The translations under genes were made by a program, and so were the position numbers. Of a stretch of 64,000 nucleotides of DNA, positions 50,480-63,834 are shown one piece after another. The notes beneath the pieces were generated by a model. It was not told the DNA's origin and did not search any database. It saw only the letters and a list, made by a program, of their open reading frames with translations. Each line of letters begins with the position of its first letter. Within the stretch, counting starts at the first letter, position 1. The DNA comes from Camelus ferus (taxonomy: Eukaryota), in contig NC_045697.1 in NCBI RefSeq assembly GCF_009834535.1, positions 24,864,001 to 24,928,000 of the forward strand, given 5' to 3'.

Positions 50480-52385
50480 ACCCAATTGTTTCCATTCATA
50501 ACAAAACACCTCTGTAAAGTAGTCAAAAACTCAACTGTCTGCAATTTTGATTCCCGTTCTTTCCCGAGCCTTCTCATTGGTACTTTTTCCCAACCTTCCC
50601 ACAGACAGTGCTCTTGCCAAGTTTATTAATGCCACCCGTGTTGCTTAGTTCAACGATCAAGTCCAAGTCCTTGAAGTCTTTATCATTAGTAGTTGACTCA
50701 GCTGACTGATTGCTCCTTTACCCCAGAAACACTTTCTTCAACTGGCTCTCAGGATTACTCTCCTGGTATATATTTTCTAACTATATTCTCCTTGTTTCTA
50801 CATCCATCATTGTCCCCTCTCGGTGTCCTTCCTTGTTCCTTCTTATCTTCTCGATTGTTTATTTATTGGGGTATTCCAGGGCTCAGATCTAGTATCTCTT
50901 CTGTAATTGCACACTTACTTTCTTCCTGAATTCATTCAATCACATAGCTTTAAATACTACCTGTATGCTAAGGCTAATGGTTCCCAAATTGATAGCTCCC
51001 ACACGGACTTCTCCTTTCATTTTCTAGACTCTAATGTTCAACAGATGATTAATGATTGATTTATTCAAGAAATATTTTTCTCTAATTGAATCACTAACAA
51101 ACCTCCCAAATTTAACGTCTAAAATCAAATATTGGCTTCCACTTCCTTCCCCCTAGCAAGCCCCTCTCATGATCTGCTTGAACTCAGTGGCAACTCCAAT
51201 ATTTCTCAAGACAAAAATCTTGGAATTACCCGTGGCTCCCCTCTGTCTGCTATAGTTTACATGCAAGTAGTCAGCACAACCTGTGATCCTTACCTTCAAA
51301 AATTATCTAGAAACAAATCACTTTTCACCACTACAATCTTGGTTCAAAATGCCATCGCTTCTCACTGTCTGTTTCACTGAGAATAAAGTTCAAAGTTCTA
51401 ATGACGACAATGAACAAGGTCTTACACAATCTGAAGCCCTGTGACATTTCTAATTTTGTTTCTTATTATTTTCCCCTTTGCTCACTCCAGCACAGTCCCA
51501 TTTCATGGCTTTTATACTTGATGTTTCCTCTGCCTGTAACCAAGGATGACTTTATGGTGTGCATCCAGTGCAGTTCCACAAAACCCCACGTTCAGAAGAA
51601 GGCCTCTGGTGTATGGTTTAGTGCTTTACAGCCACACACTGGAACTCCTTAATGATTTTATCATTGAATATGTGCTCATTATAAATAAAGTCTAATGGGA
51701 ATATGATGCATATGTCATGGACTTCGAGTCTTAGCTCATGTGAGGTCCTTCCTCCCACGTCCTCTCTGTTGGCTGGGAATCAGTTCTCAAACACCCACTC
51801 CCCTGTCCCCACCCAGCAACCACTGCCACCTTCTGATGCCCATGGAGGCTTAGATGTGGAAATGAGGTAAGTCAGGACACAAAGGCAAGAGGCTGGGCCC
51901 ATGAGGGTCTGCTCTTGCTCAGCAAGTACCCCATGCCCAAAGGACTGTGGCATTCAATAGCAAATAAAACCTGCAGCAAGCTGAGACACATCATGGGAAA
52001 AAAGGAAAAGCTTCTCTCGTGCTTTCTAAGCAAGAGGCCCTCACTTTCTCCTTACACTGCTCCTTACAAATAAGTAGCCAGTTCTGCTTACGACACTGTG
52101 GCCCCAGAAATCCACACAGGAAACTTGCTCACCTTCAATTCTTTGCTCAAGAAAGAGCTTCACATTAAGGTTGTGAATGACCACCCTTTTGAGAATCAAA
52201 ACCCCTTCCAAACACACTTCAGCCCAGGAACTCATCCATTCCTTTCATTTTTCTCAGGGTTATTTGTTCTTATCTAGCACACTGTGTAGTTTATTTCTCT
52301 ATTTATTTTTGTCCATGTGCTTCCCTTCACTACAATATGAACCCTAGGAATTAAAGGTTTATTCAGTTGTATTAGTTTGAAAATG
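50480..52385 (+). mobile_element. Long L2 fragment, interrupted by a MER45-like element
   Basis: 'acagtgctcttgccaagtttattaatgccacccgtgttgc', 'ccagaaacactttcttcaactggct', 'tagctttaaatactacctgtatgcta', 'gaataaagttcaaagttctaatgacg'; L2 sequence resumes after 52086. Confidence 0.8.
51541..52086 (+). mobile_element. MER45-like hAT-Tip100 DNA transposon
   Basis: Degenerate termini 'caaggatgactttatggtgtgcatccagtgcagttccacaaaaccccacgttcagaag' and 'ccttacaaataagtagccagttctg'. Confidence 0.65.
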
Positions 52386-52744
52386 ATCATATGTTAGTGG
52401 AATTTGGCTACCATGTGTAAAGTAGAGAAACTTCCATTAAATTTAGTTGAGAGAGCAGAAGGGGGAGCTCTCACACTCTGTGATGATAGCAGAGCCCAAT
52501 GGGAAGAAGGAAGCCTCCTCTTTTTTTCCCTGGCAAGGACTCAGCTAGTGGAAAGCTATGGGCTCTGTTTACTGCAGCCCTGCCAACTTCCTTTTCCTCT
52601 CTATAAAACTGCCCCTTCCAGTTTGGTGACTTGCACATGGCCTGCTTGCCACGGCTGCAGACGCTGAATTGCAATTCTTTGCTGATCCCAAATAAGCCAA
52701 TCTTTGCTGGACAAGTATCTGACAGTCTATTTAAGCCACCATTT

Positions 52745-52763
52745 TGGTGGCCCATATAGGGGA
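52745..52763 (+). other. Retroviral primer-binding site, tRNA-Ile(AAU)-like
   Basis: tggtggcccatatagggga versus TGGTGGCCCGTACGGGGA (complement of the tRNA-Ile 3' end); differences fall at CpG positions plus one extra base; starts 3 nt after the LTR terminal CA. Confidence 0.7.
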
Positions 52764-53279
52764 CCACAGAAGACTCCTGATGGCTCCAGGACTGGTGAGC
52801 AAATAGGTGATCTACCCACAAATGAACCCACTGTGGCCCACTGATTTCTCAATGACTCTGGGATTTAACGGCGTATCTTTCTCCTGGATCTGCGCTTATG
52901 TTTCCTTTGCATTTGAAGCTCTCTATTTATCCAGAATGCAACCACAAGTTTTCTTTTTGGTTAAGGCCTTGTTCTGTATGCAAGTACTCATCTGGCACTT
53001 AGGTCTGATTTTGAGTTCAGACTGTTCAGTGAATTTGGCCAGGCTTTGGCCCATTCCCTTCAGAACAGGGGCTGCTTCTGAAGCTTGCTAACCTTCAACC
53101 CATTCTGTCAGGAATAGGGGTTGTTTCTCTGAAATCGTGCTAGGTTTTTCAAAAGTGATCGAGGTTCCCATTTTACTGGCCATGTGCTTCAATGAGTCTG
53201 TGCTATTTGGCTGGTTTTACAACACTTTCACTGTTTACCACCCTTAATCGTCTGGTTTAGTTGAACACGCTAATAATAT

Positions 53280-53745
53280 TATTAAAACTTAATTGACAAA
53301 ATGTATAGAAGCCCTTGAAACATCTTAGATAAAAGTATTGTCATTGCTCCTTCTAATCTCAGACTCGCTCCTTTTAAAACTCATGAACTCTCACTGTTTG
53401 AGGTAGTAACAGGATGAACAGCCAATGCACTTGGCTCTTGCATCTTTTGACTCACACCTGATAAAAAAGGAGAGAGAGACTCCAATTTTGCAAAGGTCTA
53501 ATTGCTTGTATTAAAAATAACCATGTTTTGGTAGAGCAATCTTTTCAATGTGCCCTTGGGAAATGAAGACTTTGAGCATCACATTTTGCAACCTAGAGAT
53601 TCTGTCTATTGGAAAAGACACCTCTAGAAAACTCCATTCAACCTTGCTGGAAAGGTTTCTGTCAAGTATAGCTAATCAATCTTTGTGCCCTCAGACTCCA
53701 AAGAATTGACTCTTAGATTCATGTGACACATATAAAGAAAGCACT
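53280..53745 (+). pseudogene. Decayed retroviral integrase C-terminal region (GPY/F-module-like)
   Basis: Frameshifted peptides APFKTHELSLFEVVTG, HILQPRDSVYWKRHL and IHVTHIKKA resemble gammaretrovirus-like integrase tails. Confidence 0.75.
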
Positions 53746-55302
53746 AAACCTTGACCGGATTTTCACATCGTCTGGTGACCTGAAAGTACAGGTTTCCTGG
53801 AACTGAAGCGGACGACATCTGATGAGACAGCTTTCCCGATATAACTGGGCTAGGCCTGTTAGAGATGTGTCTCCAAACTATGGTGATGACACAACACTTC
53901 AGATGATCTCCAGTGGCTCTGATCTTGATAAGTAGGGGACTTAGATTTTTTAAAAATCCCTTCCTTGTTAGTCAGATGTGACCTTAATAGATTTCCAGTA
54001 TGTTCATTTTCCCTCTGACATGATACACTACCCTCAGGAAAGATCTTCACTAACACTGAGGGACAGAAAGCTGCTGAAACTAGAAATTTTGACTCTAGAT
54101 CAGTAGTTCTTTCAGAGAAAGATCTTGATTAAAACGAGATAATGTAAGAAAATTAATAAACAGAAACCTAAGTTAAATAGAGTTGGGAGAGCTCCCCCTT
54201 ATAAGAAGAAAGACTCCACCTCTTTCCTGGCAAGGACTCAGCCAATGAAAAGCCAGGGACTCTTTGTTTACTACACTCCCCTTACCTCCTTTTCCTATGA
54301 AAATGTTCTCCTTTCCTTGTGTGTGAGGACTTGTATGTTGCTCACACCATGGCAGACCCCAAATTGCAATTCTCTGCTGATCCTGAATAAACCCATCTTC
54401 ACTGGAAGAAATATCTAACAGTCAGTTTGTTTCAGTCAACACCTATTTTCAGAGAGCAGGTTGGTATTTAAAGTCTCTTTATGTTTAACTTGTATAAGTA
54501 TTATCAATTTTGAAGGGCTAAAACCCAAGGAATAACTTTGTCTGTTTACTCACGGGATTCAGCTATATAGCATAGAGAAGTAAGTCCAGGCCAGAATGAT
54601 ATTGGAGTAGTTTAGATGGAGAGTATACCTGGTGACTCCATTTCACGTTAAGAAGGAGCTGAAAAGAACTGTGTGTCTCCTGGTGTATAGCAGTACATAG
54701 TAAAAGAAGAGGCAATTCTTTATTGAGAAGATATAAATACATCCTAATTATCTAAACTACAAAATACGTAAGATGTATACAGTGTTTATATGCATATATG
54801 CATTCATACATGTATATATTTTACTCAAGTTATGGAGGAAAAATTTGTTTTTTTTGTATTTTTTAAATGAATTTGTACTTTGCTATCTCAATTTTTTCTG
54901 GTATTTTTAAATCTGTTGGGATAATCAAATCTTTAGAGAGGCACGGATTGATGATAACAAAATATTACTGAATGACAATGGTATCAGAAGAGTGATACAA
55001 AAGCATGAAATGGTGCACCATATTAGGAATTATAATTTATGATATTATATAATAAAAAGTATTTTTATTCTATTAACTTTTCAATTTCAATTCTCTAATT
55101 CAAAATTAAAATCATACTTGAGGTTTCCTTAATTGATTGAATAACACAGGCACAGAAAGCAGTAGTGCCTTTGGAAAACTACACAGGACAGTAGCACAAA
55201 TAAAGAAATTCAAAAGTTTTGATCGAAGTTATAGTAAGTGTCTTGGTAAGTCATCACAAATAAGACAACATGGAAAACTGAAACAGAAAAAAGAGGCTCA
55301 CT

Positions 55303-55430
55303 TTAATTCATTGACTCAACATGTATTTATTGAACATATAGTATCTGTCAGTTACTCTTCTATTTGGAACATAGAAATGAATAAAATAGAAAAAGATCCT
55401 AGCCTTGGTCATCAAGCAGTGAACTGAAAA
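55303..55430 (-). mobile_element. L2 3' end fragment
   Basis: 'ttaattcattgactcaacatgtatttattgaacata...gaaatgaataaaatagaaaaagatcctagcc'. Confidence 0.7.
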
Positions 55431-55816
55431 AGGTGAAAGTGATTACTAGAAGAAAGCAACATTTGGAAGGAGAGTTGAAAGGAGCTAAATACACAGTCCG
55501 TGCATGGCAAGCAATCGGCTGAACAAACCAAATTACACAATACTTCCAGAATGGCTCACTGCCTTGGGGAAATACAAAATAGAACACAAAGAAGAAGGAA
55601 AAATCCCTGAAAACTGCAATCATAACAACTATGAGAAAAATGGCACTGAAAAAGAGAAACTCAGTAAAAATACTGTAATAGAATCAATCCCTTGCAGTGT
55701 ACAAATCAGATTTCCCAAGAAGCCAGGCAGGAAAACCCAAATGTAGACAAAGAAAATGATGAGCCAGGATCAATCATCCGCTTTAAGTAGCAGGCCTCCC
55801 TTTGATGATTAAAATA

Positions 55817-55925
55817 AATATTATATGTGTATAAGTATGTATACACATATACATATACACACATGTATATATTGTATATATACATAAATACACGCACATA
55901 TACATATATATATATATATATATAT
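55817..55925. repeat. Degenerate (TA/CA)n simple repeat
   Basis: 'tatacacatatacatatacacacatgtatat...tatatatatatatatatat'. Confidence 0.85.
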
Positions 55926-57894
55926 GAACTGTAGAGCAGTGACTGAAAATTATGGCTTTTTAACTGCAAAGAAGTTAAATTTTCCCAAGGAATTTTACAA
56001 AAATTAATTCATAAATATTTTTCTTTAAAGTTTCATTTTAATGTATCTATAAGACATGCATTTATCCTACAGAATGATATATGTTGCCCCAAAATGCAGT
56101 TGTCTTCCAAAAAACAACAGTTGTTTTGAAAATTCAATATAAGTTGAATATTGAAGTGGTTTCTTCTGTTTTATGGTTCCATATACTCTAGAAGTACAGA
56201 AATTTTACTAAATCAGATTCATATTTAACGTGATCTGGTTTCAATACATAAACTATCACAAAAAAGTACAGGTATTTGTCAGGAACTCAGCTGAGCTGGA
56301 GAGAGAGCTGAGATGCCAGAGTAACCAATTAAAGCAATAGTGAGTCAAAATGAAAGTAATATTGAAGCCTCTAATCACAGCTAAAGTAAAGCAAGAGGTT
56401 AAAACTGGAGAAAGGCACCAACTCACTGCTGTTTCATCTCCCTCATACCACTCAAGAGTCTAATGGATCAGCATTACATCTCATCTATGTCTTATTTTGT
56501 CAGAGGAGACCAAAATAAGAGCTCTGGTGGTTTTCAGGACCTGGGGTGGGGGTGGGACGATGGAGGAGAAAGGTTAGGAGAGGAAAAGTACTGGGTCTGA
56601 TGGGGGAAAGTGTCTTCAGCTTTATCCTCCTCTCCTCATAAGGAGATCTTGGCAGAAGCATCTGAGAAAGATCTCTGCCAAAGGCCCCTGATAAAGAGAT
56701 CTAGGAATAAAGGTGTCTAGGCTAAGAATGCAAACATGCATGTGAGCATGACCTTCCGGAAAGGCCTGAGTCCTAGACAGCAACTCCCTTCTGAGACTGC
56801 AGTGCATTGGATGTGCACCAAGTCTGGAGGGAGGTCAGCTTTCCTCATGAGGCCTACCAGATAAAACCTTTGTAACTGTCTACAGCTGGACTTGAAAAAT
56901 CACACGTAGGTTTTTAACCACAAGCCAGATTCCTCGGTATTCTTAAACTCAACACTAACTATAGAAAATACAGAATGTCAACAATCATGTAATGGGCTTA
57001 AAAACAAATAATAAGCATGTCTGAGAAGTTGCTGTTTTTAAACAAATCAAAGGCTATTTCACCCTGTGGTTAGAAGGATAGGCTTCACATTTTTAGGATG
57101 CAGTATATGTATTTTAAGGAGCCAGGGATACAATGCTTCTATTCATAATTCATTCAGCTGCTTGTCATAGGAAATCAGGAAATCTTTCTTGATAACTCTT
57201 ACTTCTCACTCTTCCATACTTAGCTTATGTAAGTTTTAATGCTTTAATTCTTTAATACCTCTGCATTCTACCCATTGTTCAGATTATAAGATCTAAGATG
57301 GTTGTACCTATGGGCTTGTGCTCTTCATTGAGTTTTTTTTCACCAAGAAAATTTGACCAATAAGTATTTTTGAAATAAATGAAGTCCTTTTTTCTTTTTT
57401 TTCCCTCTTCATTTTTCTCTCCTGGTGTTCACACTTTTAAGTACAGGCTAAAATCCACACTAATTCATCACTCATGGTTAGAGAAGAAGATAAATGATGC
57501 CTTAAGGAAGATAGGTAAGATAAACAATACACCAATATGGAACATTCTGTAGGAAAACTAGGAATATTTTTCACCATTCCACGGCCCTCTATATTGTGTT
57601 TGATGGAAAGAAAATTAGAGAAAATTGTACTTTATACTTTACACATAAATGAGCTCCTTTCTGTACTAAGATTTCTAAGTCTGTGGCAATATCAGAAAAT
57701 CACTAGAGATATAATTTTAGTATAAAAGCAACACTTTAAATACTCTTATCAGTGACTAGTTACTATGCTAAAAAATAAAATCTTATGAATGTTCTCATTT
57801 TATTTATATTACTTTATATAGTTTCTTTGTATAAATATAGTTCACTGCTATGTATATATCTTTTCTCATTAGACCTGTAAGTCTCAGTAGTCTC

Positions 57895-60800
57895 ATACAT
57901 GGAAAACAGAGAGGGAGAAAGGTCCATAAAGCTTATTCAAAGAAATAAAGTCTGAAAACATCACAAATATGGGGAAGGAAGTGTATGTCCATATTAAAAA
58001 AATAATACATCAAATAAGAGAACCCAGAGAAATCCACACTGAGACACTGATATAGATTGAATATTTGTCTTTCTCCAATCCAATTCATATGTTGAAACTT
58101 AATCCCCAATGTGATGATATTTAGAGGTGGGGCCTTTGGGAGCTGCTTAGGTCCTGAGAGTATATTTCTTATAAATTGGAATAGTGCTCTTATAAAAGAG
58201 ACTCTAGAAATCTCCTTTGTCCATTCTGCCATGTGAGGACACAATGAGAAGACAGCTGTCTGTGAACTAGGAAGCACGCTCTCACTAGACTCCAAATCTG
58301 TTGGCACCTTAATGTTAGGCTTCCCAGGCTCCAGAATTACAATAAATAATGTTCCATTGTTTACAAGCCACCTAGTCTATGGTATTCTGTTACAGCAGCC
58401 TGAACAGACTAAGACAAACACATTATAATCAAATTGTCAGAAGTTGAAGACAAAAAAAGAATGCTAAAAACAGCAAGAGAAAAGTGGCTTATATACACCG
58501 CAACCCCCATAAGACTATCAGTGGAAAGTAAAAGCCTTGCAGGCCAAAAGGAAGTGGAATGATATATTCAAAGTACTGAACTAAAAATGCCAATGAAGAA
58601 TACTACATCCAGTATAAAAGGGAGATAAAGACATTTTCAGAAAAACAAAAGATGAGGGAATTAATCCCAACTAGACCTCCCTTATAAGGAAAGATAAGAG
58701 AGTTCTTCAAATTGAAATGAAAGGACACTCAATAGCAAAATGATAGCAGAAGGAAGTATGAAGCTTGTCAGCAAAGATACATAGACAGATACAAAAAACC
58801 ATATTACCATAATGGTGGTGAGTCAATCACTTATAATTCTAATAAAAATGTTTTAAAAGTATTAACTAAATTTTAAACTATGCTAAAATACACAAATATG
58901 AATAATGTAAATTATAATAACAATAACAAAGTGTGGAATGGACAAAGTAGAAATACAGAGTTTTTGTATGTGATCGGACTTAAGTTGCTATCAGCTTAAC
59001 ATATTCTGTTAAATTGCAAGATATTTCATGTAAGTCCCTAGGAAAACTATCCCTATAGAAGTTATAAAATATAAAAATGTGTCAAAGCACATCAATAGAA
59101 AAAAAATCAACAAACATCAAGAGAGACATCAAGAGAATAAAAGGCAGACAAACTATAATACTAAAAGAAAATAACTAACAAAATGGTAATAAGTCCATCA
59201 TTATTAATAATTACTTTAAATATAAATCAGTCAAACTCCCCAATTATGTCAGAAGGTGGCTGAATGGATAAAAAAGTAAGAGTCAACTATACGCTGTGTA
59301 TAAGAAACTCAATTTAGATTTAAGGGCACGCATTGGCTGAAAGTGAAGGAAGAAAATGATACTCCATGCAAAGGGAAACCAAAAAAGAGCAGGAATGGCT
59401 ATAGTTGTATTAGAAAAAATAGACTTTAAATCAAATACTCTAACAAGAGAAAAAGAAAAATACAATGTTATGATAAAATGACAAAATCCACTCAGAAGGT
59501 GTAACAAATATAAATATATATGTACCTGGCATCAGAACACTTAAATATATTAAGAGAATATTAGCAGAACTGGAGAGAGAAACACACAGTGATACAATAA
59601 TAGTAAGAAATTTCATTAATAGACAGACCATTCAGACGGAAAATCAATAAGGAAAAAGAGGGCTTGAAAACACTAAAGTGAATGGACTTAAAATATATAT
59701 ATGTACAGCAATATACTCAACAAGAGCAGAACACACATTATTCTCAATAGCCCACAGTTCTTTAAGCAGGATAGAGCCCATGTTAGGTCACAAAACAAAT
59801 CTTAATAAAATAAATAAAATAAAATATTCCTTATCAAGTATCTTTTCTGATCACAATGGAATGAAACTAGAAATCATTGGTAGAATGAAAACTGAAAAAT
59901 TCGCAGACATGTGGAAATTAAACAGCACAGTCCTGACCATCCACTAATCCAAAAAAAAAAAAAAAAAAAAGGATACCTCAAGACAAAAATGAAAACACAA
60001 CATACCAAAACTTATGAAATTCAGCAAAAGCAGTACTAAGAAGAAAGTTCATAGTGGTAAACACTTAAACTAGAAAAGAAGAAAGATATCAAATAAATCA
60101 CCTAACTCTATACCTAAAGGAACTAGAGAAAGAAGGGCAAAATAAGCCAAAAGTTACCAGGTAAAGGACATAACAAAGACTAGATCTGAAATAAAATAAA
60201 AAATTGCAAAACAATGGAAATGGTCAATAAAACTGTGTTCTCTTATGAAAGGGACACAAAATTAACAAACCTTTCACTAGACTAAGAAAAAAGAGAGCAC
60301 ACTCAAAAAAAATTAGAAATAAAATAGGAGACATTACAAATGATATCACAGAAATAAAAACAATCACAAAAAACTATTATGACCAATCATATGTCAAGAA
60401 ACTAGGTAATCTAGAAGAAATAAATAAATTCATAGAAACATATAAACTACCAAAACCAAATCATGAAGAAATAGAAAGCAGATCTATAACTAGTATGCAG
60501 ATTGAGTTAGCAATCAAAAAAAGCTCAAGACCAAGTGGCTTCATTGACAAATTCTCCCAGACATTTAAGAAGGAATTAATATCAACACTTCTCAAGTTCC
60601 TCCAAAAAATAAAGAAGGAGGGAAAATGTTCAAACTGATTATATGAGGCCAGAGTTACTCTGATACCAGAGCTAGACAAAGACATCGCAAGTAAAGACAA
60701 TTATAGACCTAGATCTCTGATGAATATAGAGTAAAAAAAAAAGTCTCAACATAATACTAGCAAACTAAATCCAATAATACAATTAAAGGATCATATACTC

Positions 60801-63050
60801 TGTCCAATTGGGATCTATACCTGGGATGCAGGGATAATTCAACATATACAAATCAATTAATATAATCCACTACATTTACAGAATAAAATATAAAACCACA
60901 TGATTATTTCAGATACGAAAAATCCGTTAACAAAATTCAACACTCTTTTATGATAAAAACTTTCAACAAACTAAGACTAGAAAGAAATTACATCAATGTT
61001 ATTAAAATATATAAAAAAGCCACATCCTTTTCATTGATAAAAAAATGAAAGGTTTTTCTCTAAAACCAGGTACAAGGTAAGGATAACCACTGTCATCACT
61101 TTTAGTGAACATAGTACCAGAAATCTAGTCAAATCAAATAGACAAGAAAAATAATTAAAAGGCACCCAAATTGAAAAGAGATAAACATTGAAATAAAATG
61201 TCTGTGTTTATAGACAGCATCATGTATATATATAAAACTCTAAAAATTCCATTAAAAACCTCTTAGAACTAGTAAACAAATTCAATAAAGTTGCAGGATA
61301 CAAGATCAACATACAAAAATCAGTTGCATTTCTATACACTAACAATAAAGTATGGTGAAAACAATTTGCACAAACAAATGGAAAGATATTCCACTTTTAT
61401 GGGAATTTATATTTGGAATACATAATATTGTTAAAATATCTATACTATCTAATATGATAAACAGATTCAAGGCAATCCCTGTCAAAACAATTCTAAACTT
61501 CACATAGAATCTCAAAAAAATCAAAAAGTGCCAAATCAAATTAGAGAAAGAAAAACAAAGCTAGAGGCATCACACTACCTTCTTTCAAAAGATACTACAA
61601 AACTATAGTAACTAAAACAATATAGTACTAGCATAAAGACAGACATAGAGACCAATAAAAAAGAATAGAGAACCCAGAAATAAACTCATACAATCCACAG
61701 TCAACTGATCTGCAAGGGTGACAAGAATACACAATGGGGAAAGGATAGTGCCTTGAACAAATGGTGCTGGGAAAAAATGGGTATCCATGTGCAAAAGAAT
61801 GAAATTGGACTCTTACCATATTAATCCCATACACAAAAATCAACTCAAGATTACTTAAATACTTAAAATACCTGAAATTGTAAAACTTCTAGAAATTAAC
61901 AATATGGAGACCATTTCAAACATTAGCTGTGAGAATTTTTTCATGGATATGATACCAAAATCACACACAAAAAACCAAAAATGAACAAATGGGAATACAC
62001 CAAACAAAATGCTTCTGCACAGGAAAGGAGAGAATCAACAGAGGAAAAAGGCAACTCATGGACTGGGAGAAAGTATTTGCAAACCACATATCCAGTAATG
62101 GGTTAATCTCCAAAATATAGAAGAAACTTCTACAACTCAACAGTTTAAAAACAATAATGACAAAACAAAGTGATAATCTGATTTAAAATTGGGCTATTGA
62201 CTTCAATAAACATTTTTCTAAAGAAGACAAACAAATATCCAGCAAGTGTATGAAAAATACTCAACATCATTTCCATGATGATTCAATGTCCAATCATTAT
62301 GGAAATGCAAATCAAAACCACAATGAGATGTCACCTCACACCTGACATAATGGCTGTTATCAAAAACAAAAACAAAAACAAGTTTTGGAGAGGAAGTGGA
62401 AAAGTTGGACCACTTTCAAAACTGGTGGTGGGAATGCAAATAGTGCAACTGATGTGGAAAATTATGGAGGTTTCTCAAAAAATTAAAAACAAAACTATCA
62501 TATGATCCAGTAATTCCATGCTTGGGTATATATTCAAAGTACCTGAAATCAGGATCCCTAAGAGATATTAATTAGCACTCCTATGTTCACTGCATTACAG
62601 TCAAGATGTGGCAAGAACCAAATGTCCACCAACATATGAATGAATAAGAAAATGTCGCATATAAATACAATGGAGTATTATTCAACTTTTAAAAGCTGAG
62701 GGAATTCTGAAATGTGCAACAACATAAATGAACCCAGAGGATATCATGGTAAGTAAAGTCAGTCAGGTATAGATAGACAAATACTGCATGATTCTGCTGA
62801 GATGAAATATCTAAAATAGCCAAATTCATAGAACCAAAGAATGGAATAGTAGTTGCCAGGGGCTAGGGTGAGGGAGAAATGTGGAATTAGTAATCAAGGG
62901 CCAAAAAGTTTCAGTTAAGCAAGATGAATAAACTCGAAATTGATGTACAGCGGTATAGTTCTAGCCAAAAATGATGTATTGCACATTTAAAACTTGAAGA
63001 GAGTAGATCTAATGTTGTGTCTTTGCCACAAAAAATAAAATAATAAAAAT
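57895..63050 (+). mobile_element. ~5-kb old L1 (L1MA10/L1MB-like): ORF1 3' half, decayed ORF2 (from ~59183), 3' UTR and A-rich tail
   Basis: ORF2 start MVISPSLLIITLNIN; endonuclease remnant in ORF 59678-59947 (HTLFSIAH...IFSDHNGMKLEI); C-terminal remnant in ORF 62275-62505 ([14 protein letters not shown]); 3' UTR ends 'gagtagatctaatgttgtgtctttgccacaaaaaataaaataataaaa'. Confidence 0.92.
58048..58416 (+). mobile_element. MLT1A/MLT1A0-like MaLR solo LTR inserted in L1 ORF1
   Basis: 'tgatatagattgaatatttgtc...aattcatatgttgaaacttaatccccaatgtga...ctatggtattctgttacagcagcctgaacagactaagaca'; near-perfect 5-bp TSD gacac/aacac. Confidence 0.9.
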
Positions 63051-63834
63051 ATTCTAACCAGGTAGCTGAGGAGACAGCATTTTTTTTTTTAGAAATAGTT
63101 TCTGTATATGATTTATGAATTAAATTTTAATGGGAAATCAAAGCATATAAAGGAAGGTGACTGTTTTGCAAATAATGTTTTTAAAGCAAAGACATTTCTT
63201 GTATGTTCATTTTACAGTTTTTATAAAGACAAATTCCAACAAATTTAGAGTGTTAAATTTTATTTTTATAATATCATTACTTTGTCAAAACTGAGAAATG
63301 TGATCCAATTCAGCACCGTATGGATATATTTTAAACAACTTTACACAATTTTATACAACTTTAACTCACTGATCTGATAACCTCATGATAATTACTGATA
63401 AGAGAATAATTTGAAAAAAGAAACACTTAATCCTAAATTTTGCATTTAAATTCTTAAGGTACATAGACCATACTTCTACTTATACTTAAGTACCTCTAAC
63501 AAATGTAAAAGTATTTAATAACCTTTAAACCATTGTGCTTTAATATCTCCTCAAGAGTTTTAAATATATATATATTTTTGAATATATATTTTTAATACAT
63601 AATTTTTAATATATGCATGTTTGTGTATACGTATCCCCTCATGTATATTTAGGTTAACATCAGAAATAGTTGTCATAAATTCAATCAGTTGTAGATGTAA
63701 TTTCTGATGTAGTAGAAATACTAAATTTAACCATAAAATTACGACATAATTCATTTAAATATTTCAACAAAATCTAAATGCCACAGCAACTTGATATACT
63801 TAAACGAAGGTTAAAATTGAAAATTAAATTACTA

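Larger units (their letters stand above)
52414..54441 (+). mobile_element. Internally deleted ERV1-like provirus: 5' LTR (~52414-52741), PBS-Ile, leader, integrase C-terminal remnant, PPT, 3' LTR (54143-54441)
   Basis: Two related LTRs share 'cctggcaaggactcagc', 'aattgcaattct.tgctgatcc..aataa' and 'tatct.acagtc'; PBS at 52745-52763; decayed integrase peptides HILQPRDSVYWKRHL* and LQRIDS*IHVTHIKKA; purine tract 'aaaacgagataa' before the 3' LTR. Confidence 0.88.

Noticed and set aside
57933..58307. 124-aa minus-strand ORF
   Set aside because: Spans an MLT1A LTR/L1 junction in antisense; chance ORF
59678..59947. ORF with endonuclease-like motif (SDHNGMKLEI)
   Set aside because: Fragment of a frameshifted L1 ORF2, not a host or domesticated gene; ORF 62275-62505 is likewise an ORF2 remnant
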